Virus record (IMG/VR): IMGVR_UViG_3300045988_110183
Length of the DNA: 33,923 nt
Source: a virus
Strand: one strand, 5' to 3'
Shown here piece by piece: positions 15,955 to 24,135 of this stretch. A program made the position numbers and the translations under genes. The notes beneath the pieces are model-generated. The model did not search any database. It was given only the letters and a program-made list of their open reading frames with translations, and was not told the origin of the DNA. Each line of letters begins with the position of its first letter. The stretch's first letter is position 1.

Positions 15955-17223
15955 TTACACCTTGGCAGCTTCGCCCTTTTTGATGATGATAACGCCGTTG
16001 GGGTCAAGCAGCTTGCCGTCACAGATGTGCAGCACCTTGGTCTTGACGGTGTTGTCGTCGTGGTCAGTCCACTTGACGGTGCTGAAAGAACCGTTGCTGT
16101 TCTCGGCGTAGTCGGTCGGGTTGAAGAACACGGCAACAACATCGCCGGTGGCGGCATCGTCATAGCTGGGAATGACGTCATCTTCCACGGTGTCAACGGT
16201 CTTGCCGCAGAAACGGTAGTTTTCCTCGCCGTCGATGCCGTAGTTGACGCGGCCGATGGGCTGACCGTTGGCGTCAACCATGCCGTCAATGTAGCCATCG
16301 AACGTACCCTGCGCCATGACGAACTCGCCCTTGCGGTATGCCTTGGGGATTTTCGCCATGACTTTCTTTTTCCATGCGGAATAAGAGGTGAACTCGTCCG
16401 GGGTCAGTGTGACAACATTCTTGGCGGGCACGTGGGTGTCCTTGGTAATGCCGAGGAATTGCCCGCTGCCGGTGCCGGAAATGATCGCCTTTTCCTTTGC
16501 GGCGACGATAGCCTCAACCGCCAGCTGCGTGAACATCTGCTGGAACTCCTCAAAGGTCACAACAGCCGCAAGCAGGGTCTGCGCAATTTTGCACTCCAAA
16601 CCGTAGTAGCTGAAAGAAACCTTGGTTTTAGCCTCCAGCTTCTGATCGTCGCTGGACTTACTCTCGCCAATCCAGCTTGCGGTGGGTTTCAGCGTCAGAA
16701 TCGGGAACTCGATACCCCCCTGCACGTTCAGCTTGCGAATCTTGGCGTACAGTCCGCCGTAAGACTTCATCTGTTTGATGATCTCGCGGGCAATCGTGGT
16801 GGGGATAACCGCGCCTGCGTCGGTGGTGGTCGTGGTAGCGGCAGCGTTCAGCATCGGAGCAACGCTGGCGCGCAGATCGGCGGAAATCTCGGTTCCGTGG
16901 CAGACATACGCCATGAACGCATTGCGGTATTCGGCGGTTTCGCTGGGGTCGGTCGGGGTGCCCTGCGGCACGGCGGCGAAATTTACAATCTGCGTCACGG
17001 CATTGGTCTGGGCGGGGGTCACGTCGGCGGGGGTAAAGCTGCGGGCGCTGTTCTGCAACGCGGCAAAATCCGCGCGCGCCTGCGCCTCGGCTTCCCACTG
17101 GTTATCCAACGCCCTGACCTGATCGCGGCAGCTGTTGGCGGTGGCCGTGTCGCCCGCGTCGATAGCGGCGCGCATATCGTTCATCAGTTTGGTGCGCTGG
17201 GTGTTATACTGTTCTCTCGTCAT
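15955..17223 (-). CDS. Major capsid protein, HK97 family, with an N-terminal delta/scaffold-like coiled coil (422 aa)
   Basis: Coiled-coil N-terminus, then GAVIPTTIAREIIKQMKSYGGLYAKIRKLNVQGG... Position after the ClpP-type prohead protease. Confidence 0.9.
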   Translation of the reverse strand: MTREQYNTQRTKLMNDMRAAIDAGDTATANSCRDQVRALDNQWEAEAQARADFAALQNSARSFTPADVTPAQTNAVTQIVNFAAVPQGTPTDPSETAEYRNAFMAYVCHGTEISADLRASVAPMLNAAATTTTTDAGAVIPTTIAREIIKQMKSYGGLYAKIRKLNVQGGIEFPILTLKPTASWIGESKSSDDQKLEAKTKVSFSYYGLECKIAQTLLAAVVTFEEFQQMFTQLAVEAIVAAKEKAIISGTGSGQFLGITKDTHVPAKNVVTLTPDEFTSYSAWKKKVMAKIPKAYRKGEFVMAQGTFDGYIDGMVDANGQPIGRVNYGIDGEENYRFCGKTVDTVEDDVIPSYDDAATGDVVAVFFNPTDYAENSNGSFSTVKWTDHDDNTVKTKVLHICDGKLLDPNGVIIIKKGEAAKV

Positions 17224-17228
17224 TTTAG

Positions 17229-17879
17229 TTACTCCTTTTTGAGAAGATTCTGATAGTCGGTTTCCGCCTGCGCAAGTTCGGCGCTTTTATCTGCGCGGAA
17301 CATGGCAAGCGTCTTTTGGATAACACTGTCGGGCAGCAGTTCGGCGCCCAGACCGGCAACGAGGTCGCCGCCCATGATCTCATCAACCAGCCCCAATTCA
17401 ACGGCGCGCTGGGCAGTAATCCACGTTTCCGCGTCCATCATTGCGCGGATTTCGTCGCGGGTTTTCCCGGACTTGCGCATATAGGCGTTGGCGAGGGAAT
17501 CGTTGGCGGTTTCCAGTACGTCTCCGGCGTGGTGCATGGCGCGGTAATCGCCCTCGGCTGTGCTGGCGACGTTGTGAATCATCAGCTGCCCAACCGGGGA
17601 AATTGCGCTGTGCCCAGCCATGGCAATGATGCTGGCGGCGCTGGCGGCAAAGATGATCTTGATATTCACACCGCCGCCGTACTCCGACAGCAGGGTATAA
17701 ATTTCGTTGCCGGCCCGCACATAACCGCCGCCGGAATTGATGTACACCTCCAGCGGTTGACCGTTGGCGGCGTCCAGTGCGTCCGAAACGTCCTTGGCGG
17801 ACGTGGATTCAATGCCGAAATAGTCATAGACGTGTTTGTAGTCGTTGGGCACGATCACGCCCTTAATATTCAGTTTCAT
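17229..17879 (-). CDS. Prohead maturation protease, ClpP (S14) family (216 aa)
   Basis: INSGGGYVRAGNEIY ... AASAASIIAMAG ... LMIHN. ATGA overlap with the portal gene. Confidence 0.9.
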   Translation of the reverse strand: MKLNIKGVIVPNDYKHVYDYFGIESTSAKDVSDALDAANGQPLEVYINSGGGYVRAGNEIYTLLSEYGGGVNIKIIFAASAASIIAMAGHSAISPVGQLMIHNVASTAEGDYRAMHHAGDVLETANDSLANAYMRKSGKTRDEIRAMMDAETWITAQRAVELGLVDEIMGGDLVAGLGAELLPDSVIQKTLAMFRADKSAELAQAETDYQNLLKKE

Positions 17880-19069
17880 TCGTTTTCACCTCCCGCTTTT
17901 GTGGTTTTGACAGGCTGTGTATCAAGGCGGCGGATAGGCTCATCACCGCCCGCAACCGGGGCAAGACCAAGGACGGCGCGCCACTCGTTAGGCAGCATTG
18001 CGCCACGGTCAACCATAGCCTGCAATGCAAGTTTGGTACTCATGCTGGCATACTGGAGGTTGCTGCTTTCCAGATACAGCCGATTTCCGAAAGCCCGCTG
18101 CCGCCGATTCCACAGCTTGCGGGTGTGTTCGGTGGCAAATTGCAGCAGGTCGGGTTCGACCTGTGCCTCGTAGTAGCTGATCCACTCATTCTCCGAAAAA
18201 GAACTTTTTACGATCTTTTCATTCGTGTTGAAAAAGCTATACAGACGGGTTATGTTGTTTTGGCTTTGCAGGGCGTTGGGCACATAGTCGTGCGGTTCCA
18301 GCTGGATTGCATCGGCTTTGACGTCCGTACCGGCAACACCCTTGCTGTTGTTGGCGTCAAGGAACGCATCGGCAAAAATGTCGGTCTGTTTCTTGATGTC
18401 CTCCGGGCGCATACCGCTGGAGGTAAATTTCAGCAACCAACGAATGACCGCGCTGTTCCGCACGGCATTGACAATACCCCGGTCGGTGGTGCCGATGACT
18501 TCCATAATATCCCGCAAGGCTGCACCGGGCGGCGTTCCGAAAACGTCATTTTCGTTGTAGTCGTTGCGCAGATGGATTATGTCGGTATAGGCGAACGTCC
18601 ATGTGCTGCCGTTCGGCAGCCAGAATTGCAGCAGCAGTTCACCGGCCTTGTTGTACAGGGCCTGCACGCTATCCGCTACCAAAGGGAAAAGGGCAACAGG
18701 GTAGCCGTTTTCATCACGCTGGATTACGGCAAACGCATTGTTGTTCAAGATCAGCTGCGTTTCCATTTTCTCTGCGTACATCTGCCATGTCATGTACTGG
18801 TTCGGTTCGTCCAGCAATGCCCGAATGTATGCGTCGGGGTTTGTCTGGGTGGTGGTCTTGCCGTCCGGGGTGGTAGTGGTGCGGATATGGCGCGGGGTTG
18901 CTTTGCCAACGGCTTTGACCTTGGGGCGAATACAGGCGCGCACAATGTCGCTTTTGTACAGGTTCCCATCGTAGGAATACAGACCGTTGCCCGCCTCCGT
19001 AACCATTTTCACTTGTGTGCTGGTGGGGCTGCGGGCAACCGCAGCGCGTAACCGCTGAAAGAATCCCAT
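17876..19069 (-). CDS. Portal protein, HK97 family (397 aa)
   Basis: Position between TerL and the protease. SD AGGAGG. Sequence and size are typical of the family. Confidence 0.85.
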   Translation of the reverse strand: MGFFQRLRAAVARSPTSTQVKMVTEAGNGLYSYDGNLYKSDIVRACIRPKVKAVGKATPRHIRTTTTPDGKTTTQTNPDAYIRALLDEPNQYMTWQMYAEKMETQLILNNNAFAVIQRDENGYPVALFPLVADSVQALYNKAGELLLQFWLPNGSTWTFAYTDIIHLRNDYNENDVFGTPPGAALRDIMEVIGTTDRGIVNAVRNSAVIRWLLKFTSSGMRPEDIKKQTDIFADAFLDANNSKGVAGTDVKADAIQLEPHDYVPNALQSQNNITRLYSFFNTNEKIVKSSFSENEWISYYEAQVEPDLLQFATEHTRKLWNRRQRAFGNRLYLESSNLQYASMSTKLALQAMVDRGAMLPNEWRAVLGLAPVAGGDEPIRRLDTQPVKTTKAGGENE

Positions 19070-19081
19070 GGGGTAAGCCTC

Positions 19082-20794
19082 CTATAACATACTTTTATAA
19101 TCGTCTTGGCAATCCTGAAACACCACAAAGGCGTCAAGCAGGGCGGCCAAACCGTCAATGCGCTTTCGCGCCTTGCTGGTTTTGTTGGGCTTGATATTGC
19201 CGTTTTTATCTTCCACAATGCCGGTGTTGGCAAGGCACCATTTCAGCACAGGGTTGTTGTTGTAGACGATAAGTTTACTATCAAAATCAGCGCCTAATTG
19301 TTTCATAGGCAGCGACAACACTTTCATTGTCTGCTGTACCGGCGTGAACACGCCTTTTCCGAAAGTCTCTTGCATTTCATCGACCCAATAGCTTGCGCTC
19401 CACGCATCGTACCCGCCCCGGTAGATATAGCAGTCAAGATCATTCTGCACTTCAAGAAACCAGTCCGTGACATCTTTTTGCCGAACTTTGTTGCCCTCGC
19501 AGGTGCGCAGATAACCTTGATCTTTCCACAGGTCATAGGGTATGCGATCTTCCCGCACACGGCGTTCCAACAATTCTTCCGGCAGCCAGAACATCGCCAT
19601 GACGTAGATGTGCGGGTCGTTGGGGAGCATGAAAAGGACAACGGCGGCGGTAAGATCGGTCGTGCTGGAAAAGTCCGCACCGCCGATGCCGTACCGGGGG
19701 TGCAGGGCGTGGACGTTGAAAAGCGCGGTGTTGTTCAGCTGTTCAAACGTCAGCCATGCCTCGCCGATGGTTTCAGGAATGTTGAAATCCTTGCAAAGCA
19801 GGTTCTTTACCAACTTTGGATTTGCAGCCGCCTTTTGGACTTTGGCGCGCAGCTGTTCAAGGGATTTAATTGTGCCGAGACCGGGGTTTGCTTTTGCCCA
19901 GCAATGCTCGTCCGTCCATTCCTTGCGGGAATCAAGTTCATAGATGACCGGCAGGAAGTGTTCGTTTTTGTAGCCGTTTTCGTCATAATATCCATTTATG
20001 ACATTCTCGGCTTCTTGGTACAGATCATCGTACAGACCCTCGCGCACCGTGCCTGCCGTGGTGGTTTCAAAGATCATGGGCTGTTCGCGGGCGGTCACGC
20101 CGTCAACAATAACGTCGTACAGCGCGCGCATCGGCGGTGCCCATGCGTGGATTTCGTCCAACAATCCGCCGTGGACGTTCAAGCCGTCCTGCGTGTCGCT
20201 GTCGTGTCCCAAGGGCTTGTACACACTGTCGTTGTACTCGCTCACCATTTCGGAAACCAGCGGTTTGATCTTTCCGTTGGGGGTCTTGCGCGTCCAGTGC
20301 AACACAGGCGATTTGCAAACCATGCGCCGGGCTTCCTGCCAAATTATCTTTGCCTGATCTTTTTTGGTGGCAACGGCGTAGATTTCTGCGCCGGGTTCAC
20401 CGTCCGCAACCATCAGATACAGACCGATTGCGGCGGACAATGTAGACTTACCGTTTTTTCGGGCAACCACCAACAGGACTTCCCGGTATTTCCGGGTGCC
20501 GTCTATCGCATGGACGAAACCGAACATTGCGGCAACGAGGGCTTTTTGCCACAGTTCCAGAATGAACGGCTTGCCGCCTGCCTTGCCCTTGCTGTGACGG
20601 CAGAAATTTTCTATAAATTCAATCGCGTGGTTGGCGCGCTTGGCTTTATAGACATACTCACCACAGCCGTTTACAACGTCCTGTGCCAGTTTGCGGTATA
20701 CGGTTGCAACTTTCTTGCTTACAGTGACCTGTCCGTTTTCAATGGCGGCGTAGTATTCAAGGATAGGGTTGTAAGTAAGCGGGTAGCGAATCAA
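19082..20794 (-). CDS. terL: Terminase large subunit (570 aa, TTG start overlapping the TerS stop)
   Basis: GKPFILELWQK...; Walker A-like VVARKNGKST; C-terminal nuclease-type region. Confidence 0.9.
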   Translation of the reverse strand: MIRYPLTYNPILEYYAAIENGQVTVSKKVATVYRKLAQDVVNGCGEYVYKAKRANHAIEFIENFCRHSKGKAGGKPFILELWQKALVAAMFGFVHAIDGTRKYREVLLVVARKNGKSTLSAAIGLYLMVADGEPGAEIYAVATKKDQAKIIWQEARRMVCKSPVLHWTRKTPNGKIKPLVSEMVSEYNDSVYKPLGHDSDTQDGLNVHGGLLDEIHAWAPPMRALYDVIVDGVTAREQPMIFETTTAGTVREGLYDDLYQEAENVINGYYDENGYKNEHFLPVIYELDSRKEWTDEHCWAKANPGLGTIKSLEQLRAKVQKAAANPKLVKNLLCKDFNIPETIGEAWLTFEQLNNTALFNVHALHPRYGIGGADFSSTTDLTAAVVLFMLPNDPHIYVMAMFWLPEELLERRVREDRIPYDLWKDQGYLRTCEGNKVRQKDVTDWFLEVQNDLDCYIYRGGYDAWSASYWVDEMQETFGKGVFTPVQQTMKVLSLPMKQLGADFDSKLIVYNNNPVLKWCLANTGIVEDKNGNIKPNKTSKARKRIDGLAALLDAFVVFQDCQDDYKSML

Positions 20795-21192
20795 TCCGCG
20801 TCACGTCCGGCAACAAAATCATCAAACTGATCTCCGGCATCACTTGTGGGCGGCGGGGTCGTCGCCTTGGGCAGCAGATCAGTCAACTTAGACAACAGCG
20901 TGGCATAGTTCTTGATCGTGGTGTTGTAGCTTTTCAGCGCGGGATTTTCCCGCAACATGGATTGTTCACCCTGCACGAACCATTCCAGCGGGCCGATTTC
21001 ATCAGCCTTGCTTTTCAAGGTGTCCATCATTTTAGACATCCAGACCAGTTCCGAAACGATGTTTGCCGCCAGTCTCCGGCGTTCGTCCGGCACAGCATCA
21101 ATCAAGGTTTGCAGTTCCTTTTCAGACAGCACCCTGGCCGACGCCTTTTTGTTGGTCTTTTTTGTTGTCCCGGTTTTCTTTGTCGCCGCCAT
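20791..21192 (-). CDS. terS: Terminase small subunit, P27-like (133 aa from ATG 21192)
   Basis: Position upstream of TerL. The ATG at 21192 is preceded by GGGGGA. The longer TTG start at 21228 lacks an SD. Confidence 0.7.
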   Translation of the reverse strand: MAATKKTGTTKKTNKKASARVLSEKELQTLIDAVPDERRRLAANIVSELVWMSKMMDTLKSKADEIGPLEWFVQGEQSMLRENPALKSYNTTIKNYATLLSKLTDLLPKATTPPPTSDAGDQFDDFVAGRDAD

Positions 21193-21249
21193 AGCGTCCC
21201 CCTGTGCCAAAAAAGAAAGAGGCCGCAAGCCATCGACATACGCGATAGC

Positions 21250-21417
21250 TTACGGCCCCACTTGGCCCTCAGTACAGCCCACTTGCTGTACCGCACTGCT
21301 TTTCACTTTTCGCCGCACTTCCAAAACGATGATTTCACCGTTTTTTCGGCGCTTGATTTCGGCGGTGTTGCCCCGGTCAAGGATTGACCGCACCGCCCGG
21401 ATTACTTCGTCCGGCAA
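21250..21417 (-). CDS. Hypothetical small protein (55 aa, TTG start, MPDEVIRAVRSILDRGNTAEIKRRKNGEIIVLEVRRKVK...)
   Basis: GGGAGGTGA lies 6 nt before the TTG at 21417. It is below the ORF-track size cut-off. Confidence 0.45.
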   Translation of the reverse strand: MPDEVIRAVRSILDRGNTAEIKRRKNGEIIVLEVRRKVKSSAVQQVGCTEGQVGP

Positions 21418-21541
21418 GTTTTTTCACCTCCCGCCAGATGCCAGCGAACCCGGCGCAAATCTTCATTTTTACTTGATACCCCCCCCCGGTCATACGAAAA
21501 TAACCTGTGTGTTCTTTGTACCTCACCCCCTCGGTTCTATG

Positions 21542-21895
21542 TCAGACCGGGTTATGGTACTTATAGGGGGGAGTACCGCCGCTGCCGCTGTTGCTTGCGT
21601 CCAGCGGTTGCGGCTGGCCTTGTTCATCAAAATAATATAGATTGCCGCCGTCGTTCTCGATCTTGTTGTGGCAGTCGTGGCAAACGTATAGAAAGTTTGC
21701 CGGATTCAATGCCACGTCAGGGTCGTCAATGTTCTGTGGCGTCAGCCATACTTTGTGATGCACAATGTAGCCGGGTTCGTCGCGGCACATCTGGCACAGC
21801 CCGCCATCAATCCTCATACGATCAGCGATAAACGCCGCGCGACATTTCCGCCAGCGGGTTGACTTGTAGAACGCTTTTGCAAAACTCTGTGCCAT
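21542..21895 (-). CDS. HNH endonuclease, packaging-associated (117 aa)
   Basis: CQMCRDE...IVHHK...LYVCHDCHNKIE. Adjacent to the terminase genes, as in cos/HNH phages. Confidence 0.85.
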   Translation of the reverse strand: MAQSFAKAFYKSTRWRKCRAAFIADRMRIDGGLCQMCRDEPGYIVHHKVWLTPQNIDDPDVALNPANFLYVCHDCHNKIENDGGNLYYFDEQGQPQPLDASNSGSGGTPPYKYHNPV

Positions 21896-21980
21896 GTGTC
21901 ACCATTCGGGAAGTGTGTTCATGCTGAACACGGTTGATTGGAAACCCGCCGGGGAATGTGTGATACACAAACCAGCGGGC

Positions 21981-22033
21981 AGGTACATCACGGAATCGAA
22001 CCGCCGCGCAGCGCGCTTGACCTACTCTGTACC
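21981..22033 (-). ncRNA. tRNA-like acceptor/T-arm minihelix element 1 (not a complete tRNA)
   Basis: Minus strand: GGTACAG-21 nt-GGCGG TTCGATT CCGTG-ATGTACC-T-GCC. There is a 6-bp acceptor-like stem and a T-loop consensus, but no D or anticodon arm. Confidence 0.3.
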
Positions 22034-22117
22034 ACAATATCCCGGATTGCCCGCCGGGTCGGGTGTCGTCACTCTTAGGAGGAAGAAAAGCCGTCAGTGT
22101 TCCCACCTGACAAATTC

Positions 22118-22146
22118 ACTATAACACACTTGAAATCCGTTATCAG
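22118..22146 (-). promoter_or_regulatory. Candidate late-operon promoter with an extended -10
   Basis: Minus strand: CTGATA (22146-22141), 17-nt spacer, TGtTATAGT (22126-22118). It is located upstream of tRNA-like element 1 and the HNH/terminase genes. Confidence 0.35.
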
Positions 22147-22173
22147 GTCAACATTGTGAACAAACTGTAAATT

Positions 22174-22503
22174 TTAGGCTTTAGGGCTTGCATCTGGAAT
22201 CAGGTGCGATTCGCGGGCAAGCACATAGCAGTATTCACGTTTGTACCGCTTGAATGTGCTTTCGCTCACGTTTAGATCAAACTGCCGTAGCAGGGTGGCG
22301 GCGCTGGGTCTGCGCGGGTGGCGAATGTTCACCTTTACGGCAGCAACCAGCCGCCGTGCCTCTTGCTGTTGTTCCGCCGGGTATTTGTCGAACAGGGTTT
22401 GTTCAGCGGCGCACAGGGCGGAAAGATACGGCTCTGTCGTTGCGCTCTGTACCAGCCCCGCGCAGACCTTGACGATGCCGGGCGGCAGGGTGTAGTTGTT
22501 CAT
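22174..22503 (-). CDS. Putative late-gene transcriptional regulator (109 aa) with a C-terminal HTH
   Basis: The C-terminal segment DLNVSESTFKRYKREYCYVLARE resembles a sigma region-4/ArpU-RinA-type HTH. It is the last early gene before the packaging module. SD GGAGG. Confidence 0.4.
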   Translation of the reverse strand: MNNYTLPPGIVKVCAGLVQSATTEPYLSALCAAEQTLFDKYPAEQQQEARRLVAAVKVNIRHPRRPSAATLLRQFDLNVSESTFKRYKREYCYVLARESHLIPDASPKA

Positions 22504-22535
22504 GGTTCAGCCTCCGACGGTGGTGGTATTGGTCG

Positions 22536-22874
22536 CTAGTGGGTGACGTTCCGCAATGTGCGGTGATTGTCCGTCAGCCATTCGCCCATCAATGGGCGGT
22601 AATACCCAACCGTAACGCCCAGCGATTTGCAATACACCTCAACGTCTGTGTACGACGGTGGCGGTTCGGTCTTGGCGTTTTTCCAGCCGCCGTGCAAAGA
22701 GGTGGAGGCGCTTTTTACTTTCCAAACAGCTTTTATAGCTTCCATTGTGCGCCGCCCCTCTGGGCTGCTGGAATTGAACGGAATATGCGCCATGATACAC
22801 GCCCCGCGAATCGCGTTCAGCGCATCGCCCCGGTAGATAAGGTCGCTTTCTTTGCCGTAACACGAAAGCTCCAT
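22536..22874 (-). CDS. Hypothetical protein (112 aa). The true N-terminus may be the SD-preceded ATG at 22908, joined through an A8 tract.
   Basis: The ATG at 22874 has no SD. The ATG at 22908 has TAGGAGGG 8 nt upstream, but is out of frame by one base across the A8 run (22874-22881). Confidence 0.55.
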   Translation of the reverse strand: MELSCYGKESDLIYRGDALNAIRGACIMAHIPFNSSSPEGRRTMEAIKAVWKVKSASTSLHGGWKNAKTEPPPSYTDVEVYCKSLGVTVGYYRPLMGEWLTDNHRTLRNVTH

Positions 22875-22964
22875 TTTTTTTCAGCAGCTTTTCTAAAGGG
22901 TCATTCATCTTGATAGCCCTCCTACCGACTAATCGCCATACAGACGTGTACCGCTTTGTCTGCA

Positions 22965-23330
22965 TCAATCAGCTGCATGATTATCCCTCACTCTCTCAAA
23001 ATAAAATTTAATTCCTTTTGCATTCGGCAGGACGTTCCCATAAACAACGCCGATTTTGAAGATGTAGTTTTCTTGCAGCTTTCGGGGGATTTCCGCAATG
23101 TACCGCCGGAATGTTTCAAGGTCGTGGGCGCGCTTGTAGTGGTTGCACATACGGCAGGACGGCATAAGATTTTCAATAGCGTCTGTGCCGGAATCCTCGG
23201 CATTCCATGCCCTTTGCGGTTTGAAGTGGTCTACCTGCATATCGTTGTATGCGATGTGGCGACCTCAGTAAGCGCAATGACCGTCAAATTTCTTGTACAC
23301 CGCAACGCGGGTCTTTTTACTGATTGCCAT
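22965..23330 (-). pseudogene. HNH endonuclease interrupted by an in-frame TGA at a conserved Cys codon
   Basis: MAISKKTRVAVYKKFDGHCAY-TGA-GRHIAYNDMQVDHFKP...NLMPSCRMCNHYK. The TGA (23267-23265) sits where the C of the CxxC knuckle is expected. Confidence 0.7.
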
Positions 23331-23597
23331 TTATTCATCCTCGCTGTACTTATAGTCGTAAAAAGTTCCGTCAGGTTCAACGAAAAATTCTTCTGCTTCC
23401 CATCGTGCATCACAGGTTTTATAATTCTCGCAAGAAGCAAGGCTCACGTCCATGGAACCATCATCACCGCGCTTATACCGTTTGCCAATTTTGCCATCTT
23501 TGCGCATTGTATAATCCAGCGAGTACTGATACAGATTGCTTACAACAATGCGTCCGCCGCAAAGCGGACAGCATTTTATAACTGTTCCAAGGTTCAT
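23331..23597 (-). CDS. Zinc-ribbon protein (88 aa from ATG 23597)
   Basis: CCPLCGG ... C..YKTC. GGAGG lies 8 nt before the ATG. TAAATG junction with the next gene. Confidence 0.6.
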   Translation of the reverse strand: MNLGTVIKCCPLCGGRIVVSNLYQYSLDYTMRKDGKIGKRYKRGDDGSMDVSLASCENYKTCDARWEAEEFFVEPDGTFYDYKYSEDE

Positions 23598-23794
23598 TCT
23601 ATGCCCTCCGTATCCGCCGGGGATTGTGTGGCAGGCTCTTTCTGCTGCCAGTAACAGCAACCGTCATCGCCGTCCGTAAAATCTGCGCAATAAGGGCTTG
23701 CACCGCAAAAGCACACGCCGTTGAAATCTTCCCAATACAGACAGGTTTCACAGCGCAGGGGTTCGGCGTGGGTGCTGTTCATTCTGGTTTCCAT
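23594..23794 (-). CDS. Small Cys-rich protein (66 aa)
   Basis: CETCLYWEDFNGVCFCGASPYC...CCYW. Overlapping stop/start with neighbouring genes. Confidence 0.5.
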   Translation of the reverse strand: METRMNSTHAEPLRCETCLYWEDFNGVCFCGASPYCADFTDGDDGCCYWQQKEPATQSPADTEGIE

Positions 23795-23796
23795 CT

Positions 23797-24129
23797 TTAC
23801 ACGTTTCCACCTTTCCAGTTTTCAATGCTTTCAATGTGCAGAATTTGCAGGATATAGTAGTATTTGTCCGGGTCTGCGCCCCATTCGCGCACACCGCCTT
23901 TGCCGAAGATGCAATGTACCCGCAATACGGCTGCCGGGGCTTTTGAATTGTACCCGGCACGAATTTTTACAGTAAAAATCTTGTATGCTTGACCTTTGCA
24001 ATTCGGGTCGGCAGCTATGGCAGAATTTATGCGAGTTTGGTAATACTCTGTCGCTTCACGGTATTCTTCGCGCTTTTCACCGCGGCAGATCATGTCAAAC
24101 CATTCCTGCTTTATGGGAAGTGTCAGCAT
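23797..24129 (-). CDS. ASCH (PUA-like) domain protein (110 aa)
   Basis: N-terminus LTLPIKQEWFDMICRGEKREEYR is typical of ASCH. SD AAGGAG. Confidence 0.65.
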   Translation of the reverse strand: MLTLPIKQEWFDMICRGEKREEYREATEYYQTRINSAIAADPNCKGQAYKIFTVKIRAGYNSKAPAAVLRVHCIFGKGGVREWGADPDKYYYILQILHIESIENWKGGNV

Positions 24130-24135
24130 TTTTCA

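Noticed and set aside
15568-17253. Long plus-strand ORFs: 561 aa here, and also 5259..6470, 7676..8467, 10971..12038, 18125..19051, 19298..20830 and 25299..25742.
   Set aside because: They run antisense to minus-strand genes with clear family motifs and SDs. They have no SDs of their own, and their translations are Arg/Gly/Ala/Val-rich low-complexity sequence. This is the usual shadow-ORF pattern in GC-rich DNA.
21981-22033. Calling the two TTCGATT-containing elements canonical tRNA genes.
   Set aside because: The distance between the acceptor-like strands is only about 38-40 nt. There is no D-arm or anticodon arm, and no anticodon can be assigned. I reported them as tRNA-like elements at low confidence.
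22965-23330. Genome-wide TGA reassignment (code 4-like or other recoding) as the explanation for the in-frame TGA.
   Set aside because: TGA terminates many well-supported genes here, including chaperone G, the DGR target, TerS and several ATGA-coupled genes. Only a local event is plausible.
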